Origin: Candidatus Heimdallarchaeota archaeon | GTDB taxonomy: Archaea; Asgardarchaeota; Heimdallarchaeia; Hodarchaeales; Hodarchaeaceae | Length of the DNA stretch: 64,000 nt | Reading direction: 5' to 3' | Assembly (NCBI GenBank): GCA_020353515.1 | Contig: CP070695.1 | Location: 4,689,414 to 4,753,413, forward strand | Shown: one piece after another, positions 30,718 through 41,721 of the stretch | How the letters are laid out: each line of letters starts with the position of its first letter | Position numbering within the stretch: the first letter of the stretch is position 1 | Position numbers and translations under genes: made by a program | Notes under the pieces: generated by a model | What the model was told of the DNA's origin: nothing | The model's database searches: none | Seen by the model: the letters and a program-made list of their open reading frames with translations, nothing else

Positions 30718-30897
30718 TTACCCCCCCCAATTTGTTTTTATTGCTGAGACAGGACAACTCATTATGCAAAGACCGCATTTATTACATTTTTGTAAGAATT
30801 GTGATATCCCTTCTACTCTAAAACCTCCAACAGGACAGATCATTGAGCAATATGCACAACCAACACACTTTTGAATATTAATCTCAATATTTTGCAA
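30718..30897 (-). CDS. 2x[4Fe-4S] ferredoxin (59 aa, absent from the ORF track)
   Basis: MQNIEINIQKCVGCAYCSMICPVGG...KCNKCGLCIMSCPVSAI, two CxxCxxCxxxCP motifs. Confidence 0.92.
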   Translation of the reverse strand: MQNIEINIQKCVGCAYCSMICPVGGFRVEGISQFLQKCNKCGLCIMSCPVSAIKTNWGG

Positions 30898-31071
30898 AAT
30901 TTTTCGACCATAGGTTAAATCAGGAGGTTCAGAATCAATTTTCTTTAGTTTTTCTTTCAGTCCATCACAATTCGAAAGTTTCTTAAGATATGCGCGGAGT
31001 CTTGTATATACATTGAGCTTAAAATATGATAATCAAATCTCATAAAAGAATTAATCAGAAGGGTGACCAAG

Positions 31072-31905
31072 ATGGTATCAAAACTTATGGTAGCAGGAAT
31101 CATTGTATTAATCCTAGGTGGCTTTTTATTTGTGTTATTTACTCTTTTATTCCCGATGCTTGGAATTGCACTTTATCCTTTCTATACTACAACTGGAAGT
31201 CAAGCTCGAAATGAGACCATCAGTCGAAACGACAGAGTCCAGATAGATCTGACTCCAGGTAGTCCTGGAATCCCCAGAGTTCTACTTCCATTATTGGGAG
31301 TTCAGTTAAAAGCCTCCTTCTATCTTCAAGGGGTTGGTGGTGGGTGGGAATGTGATGCAGTGCTTGTTTACAATGGTGATCAGGATATTGACATCGATGG
31401 AACAGACAGAACATTCTCTGGCAATACTGGAGGAGAGGGTGGACGAGTTTTAGCTACTATCTACACCTCTATCAATGCGGGTGCAGCATCAGCTAATTAT
31501 GACCTGTCTGTTGAAATTGACAATACTGGAGATAGTCGAATTTCCATGCTTGCCAGTCGAGTAGATATCACATATACTCTTTTTGCTCAGATCATTCCAG
31601 CACTTCTTGCCATCGCTGGTTTGGTTGTGACCATTGTGGGAGTTGTGACAAGTCGTAGACCTTCTGTACCCAAAGCAAAAGCTGCTCCTGGTGGATGGGA
31701 ACCTACATTACAATGGGGTGGTGGTGCAGCTGCGAAACAACCTAAAATGGCAATAAAGTCGACTACGGCGCAACCGAAAAAAGTCAAGAAAGTTGTTAAG
31801 AAAGCTGCTCCTGCGGGAGGAGCACAACAACCTTGTAAATTCTGTGGGAAACCAGTTCCAGCTTCAGCTTATTTCTGTCCTCATTGCTATGGAAAACTAC
31901 GTTAA
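31072..31905 (+). CDS. Two-TM membrane protein with Lys/Ala/Pro-rich linker and C-terminal Zn ribbon
   Basis: TM-ectodomain-TM, CKFCG...FCPHC. Confidence 0.8.
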   Translation: MVSKLMVAGIIVLILGGFLFVLFTLLFPMLGIALYPFYTTTGSQARNETISRNDRVQIDLTPGSPGIPRVLLPLLGVQLKASFYLQGVGGGWECDAVLVYNGDQDIDIDGTDRTFSGNTGGEGGRVLATIYTSINAGAASANYDLSVEIDNTGDSRISMLASRVDITYTLFAQIIPALLAIAGLVVTIVGVVTSRRPSVPKAKAAPGGWEPTLQWGGGAAAKQPKMAIKSTTAQPKKVKKVVKKAAPAGGAQQPCKFCGKPVPASAYFCPHCYGKLR

Positions 31906-32050
31906 ATAGCTTATAACTACAAGATCAAAAGAGAAGACGTTCGCCTTAGTTATAATTATCTAGGTTCAGGCGGACAATATCTTTTTACTTCCATATTTGT
32001 GAGACACTTTTTTCAAATATTATTGAATTCAAATAACTTGGTGAAAGAGA

Positions 32051-33223
32051 ATGAAGAAAACTATTGGTGTTCTAACAGGAGGGGGAGATTGTCCAGGACT
32101 GAATAGTGTCTTATATGGCATCCTCCTCAAAGCAATGGATAATAAACATACTGTTATTGGAATTGAGAAGGGATGGAAAGGCTATCTTCAAAACTTAACT
32201 AGAGAGCTTGAGATAACGAAATTAGATGATTTACACACCATTGGGGGCACCATACTCTATACTTCACGAACTAATCCTTATAAAGAGGCTAAAAGGATAA
32301 AGGATCCAACTGAAAGGCAGAGACAGATCGAAATAACAGCAAAAAAAATGGCTTCTCAATTTAAAACATTAGGAATTGATGCACTAATAGCAATTGGAGG
32401 TGATGACACTCTAGGAGTGGCAGCAGCAATGCATCAATATGCTGGAGCTAAAATAGTAGGTGTTCCAAAAACAATTGATAATGATCTTTCGAGTACTGAT
32501 TATACTTTTGGATTTTGGTCAGCCATACAACTTGCTTCTAACACAATGGACAATATCACAACAACTTCTCGCTCTCACCAACGTATCTTTGTTGTGGAGG
32601 TGATGGGCCGAGATGCTGGATGGTTGACTCTAGTAAGTGGGATTTCAACAGGAGCCGATATAATTCTAATACCTGAAAGACCATTTGATTTTGAAACAGA
32701 TATTGTAAATGTATTAAAAGAACGTGTACAAGCAGAACGAAAACACCATATCATTGCCTGCAGTGAAGGGGCTGTACCAACAAAAGAATCATTAAAACGA
32801 GATTTCAAGACGATTACTGCAGAAACAATTGAGAAACTCCCTAAGGATGATTTTGGAAATCCTTTACTCTCGAAATTAAATATGTCAAAAATTATCGTAC
32901 GAGAATTAAGTCTCAGAGATGATTTGAAAACATTTTTTCGAAAGTACCAGGCGGAATTTGAAGTTCGTGATGTTGTTCTTGGTCACACCATGAGAGCAGG
33001 AACACCGAGCTCTTTTGATCGCATTCTTGGTTTAAGATTAGGTGCTAAGGCAGCACAATTAGTACAAGAAGATCGTTACGGTTTAATGGTATGTCTTCAT
33101 GGAGAAAATATCGAAACAGTAACTTTGACAGCAGGAGCAAAAAAGAAACTTGTACCACTTGACTCTGATTTACTCGAGCTACGTGATTTAATAACAAGAG
33201 TTAAATGTGAGAGCAGATTATAA
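32051..33223 (+). CDS. pfp: Phosphofructokinase (PfkA family, PPi-type signature)
   Basis: TGGGDCPG, GGDDT, PKTIDND, EVMGR. Confidence 0.92.
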   Translation: MKKTIGVLTGGGDCPGLNSVLYGILLKAMDNKHTVIGIEKGWKGYLQNLTRELEITKLDDLHTIGGTILYTSRTNPYKEAKRIKDPTERQRQIEITAKKMASQFKTLGIDALIAIGGDDTLGVAAAMHQYAGAKIVGVPKTIDNDLSSTDYTFGFWSAIQLASNTMDNITTTSRSHQRIFVVEVMGRDAGWLTLVSGISTGADIILIPERPFDFETDIVNVLKERVQAERKHHIIACSEGAVPTKESLKRDFKTITAETIEKLPKDDFGNPLLSKLNMSKIIVRELSLRDDLKTFFRKYQAEFEVRDVVLGHTMRAGTPSSFDRILGLRLGAKAAQLVQEDRYGLMVCLHGENIETVTLTAGAKKKLVPLDSDLLELRDLITRVKCESRL

Positions 33224-33243
33224 TCGCGGTCTTAAGTTATTCA

Positions 33244-35094
33244 GTGGTGAACAACCACTACCTAAAGGAAGAAGACTCTTTGCAGGAGAAAGTTAGAATA
33301 AAGTCTTTAGGGCAATACTTCACTCCTGTTAATATCGTTCAACTTATGATCGATCTAATCTCGACAAACTCAAAAGCAAAAATTCTTGAACCAAGTGCTG
33401 GTAAAGGTATTTTTCTTTCACAATTAGTTAGTAAGGGATATGAGAATCTCACTGGGATAGAAATTGATCCCAATCTTGCAAAACAATCATCAATTCCGAT
33501 AAATATTGGAAATTTTTTTGATTTTCCTATTTCAAGAAAGTTTGACGTCGTTATCGGAAACCCACCATACATTCGGTGGAAGAACCTCTCACTTGACCAA
33601 CGAAAATATTTCAATTCTACATTATTCTGGCAGAAACGCATGAATGGTTTAACAGACATTCTACAACCATTTATTTTTAAAAGCGTAGATCACTTAAAAC
33701 CAGGGGGAGAATTAATTTTTATTACACCACTCTTTTGGATGCAAACTCTTCATGCTGAGCCATTAAGAAGGTTCTTATTAGAAAATGGCTCTCTAGAGGT
33801 AATTATTAATTTTCATGAAACCCGAATTTTTCCGAAAGCAAACCTTAATCTTGTGATTTTCAAATATCGAAAAGAAAAGCAAAAACAACTTCTAAAAATT
33901 ATTAACTATTGGCAAAAAGGAAAACTAAATCCTGATATTCTTGAAAATATCCGTTGGCTCCTTCATGATCCATCATCTTGGAAATCAACCGCGACAAACG
34001 ATGGCAATCTAGAATTTTTTCAGACTCATCAACCTTACAACTCATCACCTTGGCGATTTCTTCCACTTGAGACTGAAGAAAAATTATCATTGTTTGAAAA
34101 AGCATGTCAATTTTCACCAGAAATTGATGTAAATGGGCATAAAATACGTCTTTCACACCTATATTCAAAGAATGACCTCATATTAATGGAGTATCCTAAA
34201 AAAATGTGCAAAAAAATGTATTTGGATCAAAAAACTTATTTTATACCACTTTCTAAAGCTCTATTGACAGAGTATTTCACGAATAATGAAGATTTTTCAC
34301 AATCGCTCCCTCCACGCTATATACAAATTGGGGATATCGTTGAGATCGGTAATGGTATGGTGAGCGGTCTAGACAAAGCATTCCAGTTAAAATTTGACAC
34401 ACATTTGAATAAAGAAGAAAAGGAATTAATTATCCCTGTGGTAAAAGCAAAATCCATACGTCGTTTTTACGCAGAATCTTTAACCCAATATTTTCTGGTT
34501 AAACCTGACATTATTTCCACTGAAAATGATCTAAAAAGAAACTTCCCTTCCCTATATGAACAACTTCTACCGTTCCAAGACGCTTTAAGGAAAAGATATC
34601 AATATAACAGGGAAATTCCATATTGGGAATGGGTTTTCATCAGAAACTACAAACTAATGAAAGATGCAGAAGCTTTAATCTGTGTTCCTTGTAAGGATCG
34701 ATTTGACAAAAGAAAACACTTTCGATTCGCTCTGTGTGAAAAGGGTATATTTACGACACAAGATGTCACCGTTTTGGTGAAATTCAACTGGGTCAAAGAA
34801 TCCCTTGAATATATAACTGCTTTCTTAAATAGCAAGGAAGTTTTTGATTGGGTCATAAATAAAGGTCTTATAAGGGGGGGAGTCGCAGAATTTTCAGAAG
34901 AACCCTTGAAACGTATTCCATTTCGTCTAATTGATTGGAATTCTCCAACTGAATGCCAGATTCACGATAGGATTGTAGAATTAGTACAAGATATCTTTTC
35001 AACTAAAAAAGAAAATGTTTCAAAGATTTCTGAGATTAATCTGTTGGTTTCTCAGCTGATTGATCTTGGAAAAAAAAATTCTCAACAATTATAA
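33244..35094 (+). CDS. N6-adenine DNA methyltransferase, gamma class (Eco57I/TaqI-like)
   Basis: LGQYFTP, LEPSAGKG, NPPY, AFLNS. Confidence 0.92.
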   Translation: MVNNHYLKEEDSLQEKVRIKSLGQYFTPVNIVQLMIDLISTNSKAKILEPSAGKGIFLSQLVSKGYENLTGIEIDPNLAKQSSIPINIGNFFDFPISRKFDVVIGNPPYIRWKNLSLDQRKYFNSTLFWQKRMNGLTDILQPFIFKSVDHLKPGGELIFITPLFWMQTLHAEPLRRFLLENGSLEVIINFHETRIFPKANLNLVIFKYRKEKQKQLLKIINYWQKGKLNPDILENIRWLLHDPSSWKSTATNDGNLEFFQTHQPYNSSPWRFLPLETEEKLSLFEKACQFSPEIDVNGHKIRLSHLYSKNDLILMEYPKKMCKKMYLDQKTYFIPLSKALLTEYFTNNEDFSQSLPPRYIQIGDIVEIGNGMVSGLDKAFQLKFDTHLNKEEKELIIPVVKAKSIRRFYAESLTQYFLVKPDIISTENDLKRNFPSLYEQLLPFQDALRKRYQYNREIPYWEWVFIRNYKLMKDAEALICVPCKDRFDKRKHFRFALCEKGIFTTQDVTVLVKFNWVKESLEYITAFLNSKEVFDWVINKGLIRGGVAEFSEEPLKRIPFRLIDWNSPTECQIHDRIVELVQDIFSTKKENVSKISEINLLVSQLIDLGKKNSQQL

Positions 35095-35117
35095 GCGGAT
35101 TAACTAAGGGATAGTTT

Positions 35118-37259
35118 GTGACAAATATTACTATAAATCGCAGATTAAAGTCACAGAATGAGAATGTATCTAGAATTAATGAATGGATGAATAATTTTAA
35201 AGTCAATTTTAGTTTTAATACCCTACCTGCGGATTTTCATAATTTAGATGAATTCTTGTTGTCATATTTAGCAAGCTCATGGTTAATACACTTTTTTAAT
35301 AATAAAATCAGGATAAAATCATCTACAGCGATTTTTAACAAATTAAAGGATTTAACAGAAAGATATCCACAATCTTGCGATCTCTGGGAATTTATAGATA
35401 CTATTTTTAGCTTCCTTAATGAAAAAATGATATTAGATTCGCTTCTTGGTATGAAAATTCCAGAATTACGTAATTCATTGATCAATGACACTCTTGGAAC
35501 ATTATTACAAAACTGTTTAACTCAGAGTGATCGAAAAAGATTAGCTGCAAATTATACAACTCACAATTCAGCCAAGCTCCTTGTAAATACACTCGACATA
35601 CAAGAAAGTTATTCCTCAATCATTGACCCTTTTTGTGGTTCAGGAAGATTAATCTCAGCCTATTTAATGAGTCGAAATTCTAGAGGTAAATTTCCGCATA
35701 TTAGAATCCATGATTTAATGCCATCAGCAGTTCTAATCGCTTACTGTCGTCTTATTCTCATACTATCAGAGTATGATCAGGATCTTTCTTTCCTACAAGC
35801 ATCAATAGGTGATGCATTTGCTGCATTTTCAAATGAAAGGTATTCTAAAGAGTTTGGAAAATTCGATTTAGTTTTGATTAATCCCCCTTTCACGCGTACA
35901 CATCGGATAAATAAGAATCAAAGAAAAAATTTATTGGCAATTGAAGAACAGTATAGTCAATATTTAAGTGGACAGGTTGGCCTTCACATTTATGCAGTTT
36001 TGTTGGCTGATCTGTTGATGAAAGAAGATGGGGTACTAGGAGCAATTTTGCCTGCTGCTACTATTTCTTCTCAATATTCTAACGGAGTACATGAATTTTT
36101 TCTAAATAATTTTCAACTGAAGACTATAGCTTCCTCTGAGGATGAAAAAGCTTATTCTGAAGACAGTAACCTTCGAGAAATAATCCTTATCGCAAAAAGG
36201 GATAGAAGTAAAAAAGAGGAGGAAATTCAATTTTTACGAATAGACTCGCATGAAAAATCTAGATCGCAGATTTTTTCTACTCAGATAATTTCAAAAGATG
36301 TGCTAGCTAAGGAATGGAATTGGACTATATTTTTGAGGGATCCAGAGCTTCTGAAAATTCGTAATCTTCTTCTCCAATCAGGATTCATTAAAAATGGTAA
36401 GGATCTAGGCTTTGATATTGTACGGGGAGTTGAAATGTATGGTCCAGATTTTTTTTTCATACCAAATCGTAAATGGAAAATTTCTTCTGAAGAAAAGAAT
36501 AAGCTCATCCTAAAGAACAATGGTAACACCATTGAGGTTCCGAAGGAGTTCCTAGTGCGATCATTAAGAAAACCAGGAAAATATAATCAATTTATATCTC
36601 CTAAAGTGTCAGATTTTGCGTTATCCATTCCAACATCAAATATATCTCAAAAATGGATAAAAGACTACTTAGAAGTCTCAGAACAGTTTGCCTCTCCAGC
36701 TAAACGAAAATTTAGACAAGATTGGATTTCTCACATTCACAATCAAATAGAAACAAAAAAGCCTTCAGGACATATATTTTTCATTGATAAATTTGGGATC
36801 TCTTCAACAAGTATAATGAGCCATTTCTTTGAAAAAAAAATAAATTGTTCAAAGAACTTCTATGTTCTCCGAAATTGCACAGCAACGCAAGCAAAACTAC
36901 ATGCAGCTTGGCTAAATTCCACACTTTTCATTATTTTATATCTGTTATCTCGGCGTGAAATTGGAGGATCTTATGGAAGACTTCAAATAATTGATTACTT
37001 GAAGGAACCTCTATTTCTTGATTTCTCTAAATACACAGCAGAGATTAAAGCCCAGATAAACCAACAATTTGATAGAATACGCAGATTTAAACTTCCTCCA
37101 ATTCCTGAACAACTACAATTACCACAAAGAAGAGCTCTTGATAGTACAATCATACAAGGACTAAAGTTACCTAGAATAACAGAAGATTACATACAAACAA
37201 GTATATATCCTCTTTTGAAGAGAATTTTTACAAATTTAGAACGAAGAGACAACACATAA
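35118..37259 (+). CDS. N6-adenine DNA methyltransferase, gamma class, large with TRD
   Basis: ANYT, IDPFCGSG, NPPF, AWLNST; no nuclease motif recognised. Confidence 0.88.
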   Translation: MTNITINRRLKSQNENVSRINEWMNNFKVNFSFNTLPADFHNLDEFLLSYLASSWLIHFFNNKIRIKSSTAIFNKLKDLTERYPQSCDLWEFIDTIFSFLNEKMILDSLLGMKIPELRNSLINDTLGTLLQNCLTQSDRKRLAANYTTHNSAKLLVNTLDIQESYSSIIDPFCGSGRLISAYLMSRNSRGKFPHIRIHDLMPSAVLIAYCRLILILSEYDQDLSFLQASIGDAFAAFSNERYSKEFGKFDLVLINPPFTRTHRINKNQRKNLLAIEEQYSQYLSGQVGLHIYAVLLADLLMKEDGVLGAILPAATISSQYSNGVHEFFLNNFQLKTIASSEDEKAYSEDSNLREIILIAKRDRSKKEEEIQFLRIDSHEKSRSQIFSTQIISKDVLAKEWNWTIFLRDPELLKIRNLLLQSGFIKNGKDLGFDIVRGVEMYGPDFFFIPNRKWKISSEEKNKLILKNNGNTIEVPKEFLVRSLRKPGKYNQFISPKVSDFALSIPTSNISQKWIKDYLEVSEQFASPAKRKFRQDWISHIHNQIETKKPSGHIFFIDKFGISSTSIMSHFFEKKINCSKNFYVLRNCTATQAKLHAAWLNSTLFIILYLLSRREIGGSYGRLQIIDYLKEPLFLDFSKYTAEIKAQINQQFDRIRRFKLPPIPEQLQLPQRRALDSTIIQGLKLPRITEDYIQTSIYPLLKRIFTNLERRDNT

Positions 37260-37311
37260 AGACCATTGAAAAAGTAATAGAAAAATGTAGGTCTTTAGTT
37301 TTAAAAAACTA

Positions 37312-38463
37312 TTATTTAGACGATTTCCTCCATTTCCTCTTATAGAAAAGTAGAATTAGAACCCAAAATCCAGAAAAGACATCAAAGACTACTGTATCAT
37401 TTGAAGAAGTAGTTGTAGTTGTTTCAAAGGGGATATTAGTTGTCCCATTATTATGTTCCATCACTACTTTTTGAAGGGCAGCAGACACATTTAGTAAACC
37501 ATAACCAAAAATTGGATCCTTTCCAGTTGTACCTAGGTCGATACTCGTTTCATGAAGTATTGATCTAATTGTTTCAACTGATAGAGTATTATTTAATGAC
37601 AACATTAAAGCTACCGCTCCACACACTAAGGGGGCCGCAAAAGATGTTCCTGATCCAGTCTGAGGTGTCCACTTGTTTGGGTAAATCGAAGAAACATTAA
37701 ACCCAGGTGCACAAATTTCATTTTCTTCTCCAGGAGAGGAAAAAGTTGCTATTTCACGATCTTTAGTTGTTGCGGAAACTGCAATGACTTCTGAATATCT
37801 ACCAGGATAAGTAACATCATCCTGATTATTTCCAGTAACGCTAATTATTGCAATACTTTTGTTATATGCCCGTTTTACAGCTGTGTGAAATGACTCTGGA
37901 GGAACCCCATCAGCCTGAATTGACAACTGAATAATATCAGCCCCATTATTCATTGCATAATCCATTGCTTCAATAAACATATCCCAATCACCTCCACCAA
38001 ATCGATTTTGATTATCAAGAAATCTAAGAGCCATTAATCGGATGTTTGGGGCAATACCCACACTTATATGATTGTCATCATCTGCAGCTATCAATCCAGC
38101 AACAAATGTCCCATGTCTATGACCTGGAGATGGATCATTGTCATCATCACGAAAATCCCAACCAGTAATATCATCCACGTAACCATTCCCATCATCATCT
38201 TTCCCATTTTCAGCGACCTCATCAGAATTTTTCCATGATTGATTTACTAAATCAGGATGTGTGAAGTCAATTCCACTATCAATTACTGCTACAACGATAC
38301 TTGTTCTACCTTGTGTATAATTCCAAGCTTCATCTGTTCCTACATCCACAAGATTCCATTGGATATCAGGATCAAGTGAAGAAAATGTCAATTTAGGGGC
38401 TATTGGGGCTAATATTAACCCATAAATTATAATTAAGACAGGAAATAGATTATGTGTTTTCAG
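37312..38463 (-). CDS. S8 subtilisin-like secreted protease with C-terminal anchor
   Basis: VIDSG, HGT, GTSFAAP triad; signal peptide MKTHNLFPVLIIIYGLILAP appears if started at CTG 38463. Confidence 0.92.
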   Translation of the reverse strand: MKTHNLFPVLIIIYGLILAPIAPKLTFSSLDPDIQWNLVDVGTDEAWNYTQGRTSIVVAVIDSGIDFTHPDLVNQSWKNSDEVAENGKDDDGNGYVDDITGWDFRDDDNDPSPGHRHGTFVAGLIAADDDNHISVGIAPNIRLMALRFLDNQNRFGGGDWDMFIEAMDYAMNNGADIIQLSIQADGVPPESFHTAVKRAYNKSIAIISVTGNNQDDVTYPGRYSEVIAVSATTKDREIATFSSPGEENEICAPGFNVSSIYPNKWTPQTGSGTSFAAPLVCGAVALMLSLNNTLSVETIRSILHETSIDLGTTGKDPIFGYGLLNVSAALQKVVMEHNNGTTNIPFETTTTTSSNDTVVFDVFSGFWVLILLFYKRKWRKSSK

Positions 38464-38464
38464 G

Positions 38465-39817
38465 TTAAATTATCTCCATTTTAATCTCAATACCCAAAAG
38501 TTCAGCTCTATGTTTCAAGATTTCGACTCCATATTTGGGTTTTCGCAAGCTAATTACCATTTCCCAGTCATCATTTTCAAATGTTTCATGCTCAACACTA
38601 GTGAAGTCATAACAAAAAGATCTAAATTGATGGCTAGGAGAGTAAGAGCATTTAAATCGCTTTTTTGGTCGAAATTCATCGATTTCATCTATTAAAGGCT
38701 GTACATCATTGATTGCAGCAATGGGAATTATTGGAAACTCTGGAAAATGATTTTTTAAGAGCGTGAGTCGTTCATCTAAGGCTCGATCATCTAATAAGTC
38801 GATTTTATTCAGTATTATAATTCGATAGTTCTGAGGATTTATCTCATTTATTGTTTGAATCGAAATTTGAGCTTTTCGAAGCATAAATTCAGGGGCTTCG
38901 CTCCCATCTACAACGATAAAGAGGATCTCAGCGGCTAAACTTTCTTCTAATGTAGACTTAAATGAATCGATTAGAAAAGTAGGAAGATTTTCGATAAAAC
39001 CTACTGTATCAGTAATGAAGATTTTAAGATCTTCAAGTTGGAAGCTCCTAATTCGTGTATCAAGGGTTTCGAATAAGCGAGAACTCACACTCGATGAATA
39101 AGAATTTGTTATTGAATTCAGGATAGTAGATTTCCCAGCAGAAGTGTATCCAACTATACTTACATACAAACTATCATGATGATGTCGTTTGCGCGAATGA
39201 CGACGTTTTTCGCGTTGCTTACTCAGGATTTGAAGTTTCTTCCTAAGTTGTGACTCTTTTTTTGTCATTCGTGCTTCAAATTCGTTCAGAGGATTTTCTC
39301 CAGTCCCAAAAAAACCCTCACGCTCGGAATGCCACGCGCCCCCTAATCCTAAACTGTGCATCAATCGTAAGCGTTCCCTTGGATGCTCATACTTCAACTG
39401 TGCGAGTTCTATTTGGAGTTTTGATTCCTCAGTCATCGCTCGTTCTGCGAATATCTCCAAAACAAGTTCAAATTTATCTATAACTGAACATTCAAAGAAG
39501 TTCTCCAAGTTTATATGAATTTTCGGGGTAAGATGTGAACCAACTACGATTAGCTCTGTAAAATATTCCGAATCAATGCCTGCTTTAATTTCATTAAGAT
39601 GATGAGGGGAAAAGAAATATTTAGCGTTATTAGGAATTAATTCAAACTCTGTGATAACGCGATAACGAGCGGATAATAATAGATGTCTCATCTCCTCATT
39701 TAGGAATTTTTGACGCTCATCTAGAGAAAGAGGAAGTAATAGTACACACTCTTGTGATACTTGTATTGCACTTTCTGCGTCAGACTGCATAAAACCGTCA
39801 AAAACCATCTGAATCAC
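38465..39817 (-). CDS. hflX: GTPase HflX
   Basis: LEIFAERA..EESKLQIELAQL, GYTSAGKS, LFETLD, DTVGF, NKID. Confidence 0.92.
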   Translation of the reverse strand: MIQMVFDGFMQSDAESAIQVSQECVLLLPLSLDERQKFLNEEMRHLLLSARYRVITEFELIPNNAKYFFSPHHLNEIKAGIDSEYFTELIVVGSHLTPKIHINLENFFECSVIDKFELVLEIFAERAMTEESKLQIELAQLKYEHPRERLRLMHSLGLGGAWHSEREGFFGTGENPLNEFEARMTKKESQLRKKLQILSKQREKRRHSRKRHHHDSLYVSIVGYTSAGKSTILNSITNSYSSSVSSRLFETLDTRIRSFQLEDLKIFITDTVGFIENLPTFLIDSFKSTLEESLAAEILFIVVDGSEAPEFMLRKAQISIQTINEINPQNYRIIILNKIDLLDDRALDERLTLLKNHFPEFPIIPIAAINDVQPLIDEIDEFRPKKRFKCSYSPSHQFRSFCYDFTSVEHETFENDDWEMVISLRKPKYGVEILKHRAELLGIEIKMEII

Positions 39818-39950
39818 AATTAGTTTTAGAGAATATCGGTTTTTTTCATTAATGAATTAATTTTATCGATGAAATATGTTTTTAAATCTCCTATACAATT
39901 GTTAATTGTAGAAAAGAAGTCTGCTTAACAATTGAAAAAATCTGATAATT

Positions 39951-40340
39951 ATGAGTATTCAGAAAAAGAAGCGATTTAAGAAACTTGTTCAGCCTCAAGA
40001 AGTGATTGTCTGGTATATTCTTCCTGCTATTCGTCGTGAGATAACTAACTCTCTTATCGAGGATTATAACTTACCACAGAAAGAAATTGCGAAACGTTTT
40101 GGTCTCACAGAACCAGCAATTAGCCAGTATAAAAAGGGAGCACGTGGAGACATTGAACTTAGTCAAGATATTAAAAATAAAGTGAAACTGGCAGCCCGAA
40201 ACATCGCAGAGGAAGATAGCAGAGCCCCTCGCGAGGTTCAACGAGTATTAAAATATATTCAGGAAGAGGGTTTCCTTTGTGAGTTTCATAAAAAATTTGG
40301 GCTTGTTCATGAGGGCTGTGACATGTGTAAACTCGAATAA
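39951..40340 (+). CDS. Archaeal HTH transcriptional regulator (COG2522-like)
   Basis: PQE..VWYILPAIR..QKEIAKRFGLTEPAISQY, C-terminal CEFH...CDMC. Confidence 0.85.
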   Translation: MSIQKKKRFKKLVQPQEVIVWYILPAIRREITNSLIEDYNLPQKEIAKRFGLTEPAISQYKKGARGDIELSQDIKNKVKLAARNIAEEDSRAPREVQRVLKYIQEEGFLCEFHKKFGLVHEGCDMCKLE

Positions 40341-40597
40341 CGGATTTTCTTAAAAGCTATCTGCTAAGTATTTTTCAATTTACCGTTTTTTCTTTTTAAA
40401 ACATAATATATCCTCAATAAATGTCTATGGATAATATTTCTTTTTTTTTCCTCATTAATTTTTTGTCTTTGAAGCGGGATTGGGAGTTTAGGCTTAAAGT
40501 TACACATTTTTATATTTTTTACATATTATGTATTTTCTCTTTTAAATACATTCATACTATAGATAGGGTAATAATGTGTTTTTGATATATGATTGTC

Positions 40598-40611
40598 TAA
40601 ACATTTATAAA
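40598..40611 (+). promoter_or_regulatory. Candidate TATA box of tfb
   Basis: TTTATAAA at 40604-40611 with purine-rich upstream bases, about 55 bp before the start. Confidence 0.35.
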
Positions 40612-40665
40612 GGTGAATTTATCTATGATAGGTGTAATAGCTAATGTGCTCTGGAGAGTTAAATT

Positions 40666-41640
40666 GTGCTTTGTAACAAATGTAGTGAATGTAGCAGTAG
40701 TTCAATGGTTTATGATGAACCGCGTGGTGAGATCATTTGTGGTGATTGTGGTTTAGTTGCCAATAGTGTGTTTTTTAGCCATGAACCAGAGTGGCGCGCA
40801 TATAACTCTGAGGAAGAAAAAGCAAAAGTTCGTGTTGGTCTTCCCACTTCTGTTTTAAACAATCGCGAAATGAGGACTGTCATTGGAGGGAAAAGGAAGG
40901 ATTCTTATGGTAAAACTCTTGATACCGCTACTCAGGCTAAATTTTCGCGATTATCACAAATGGATGAACGAATCCAAGATAAAACCACTCGTAACCTTAA
41001 AAGTGCATTAATGGAATTAAAAAGGATTAAATCTCATCTAAACCTTTCAGATGATATTTCTGAAACAGCGGTACTTTTGTATAAACTAGCTTTGGAAAAG
41101 GATTTAATAAAAGGTCGTTCAGTCATTGGTATGATTAGTGCAGCTATATACCTCGCCTGTCGAAAGAAAAATTCTGCAATCACCTTAAAAGATACAGCTG
41201 AAAAAGCAAACATTTCTACTAAAGAACTTGGCCGTTGTATCCGCATTTTCCTTCAAAATATTAACATTAACAGTTCAACACCTGATCCTGTGGCCCTAGT
41301 TAATCGATTAGGTGAAAATTTAGGACTTACTATGTATACTCGGAAAGTTGCCATCGATATTCTTATCGAAGCACGAGAAAAACGATTAACTATGGGAAAA
41401 ATACCAATGTCGTTAGCAGCTGCAGCAATTTACATTGCTTCTATTCAAACTGGCGAGAGACGAACTCAACAACAAATTGCTACTCCAGCACGTACAACGC
41501 CTGTAACAATACGAAATCGTTTTAAAGAACTTGCAAAAGGATTAGGATTAAACGAATTTAAAGTTAAACGAGGAGCTGCTGCTAAACCAGTGATTATTCA
41601 AAACCCGACAACTTGGGTTCGTAACAAAAGACAGGACTAA
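40666..41640 (+). CDS. tfb: Transcription initiation factor IIB
   Basis: CSEC...GEIICGDCG Zn ribbon, PEWRAY B-reader, two cyclin repeats, TIRNRFKEL. Confidence 0.95.
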   Translation: MLCNKCSECSSSSMVYDEPRGEIICGDCGLVANSVFFSHEPEWRAYNSEEEKAKVRVGLPTSVLNNREMRTVIGGKRKDSYGKTLDTATQAKFSRLSQMDERIQDKTTRNLKSALMELKRIKSHLNLSDDISETAVLLYKLALEKDLIKGRSVIGMISAAIYLACRKKNSAITLKDTAEKANISTKELGRCIRIFLQNININSSTPDPVALVNRLGENLGLTMYTRKVAIDILIEAREKRLTMGKIPMSLAAAAIYIASIQTGERRTQQQIATPARTTPVTIRNRFKELAKGLGLNEFKVKRGAAAKPVIIQNPTTWVRNKRQD

Positions 41641-41721
41641 AACCGCTTTCCACAGCTATACCCAAAGCTACTGATATTGATATAGAATGGAGGAAGGAAG
41701 CTTTTCTTCTTTTTAAAAGAG

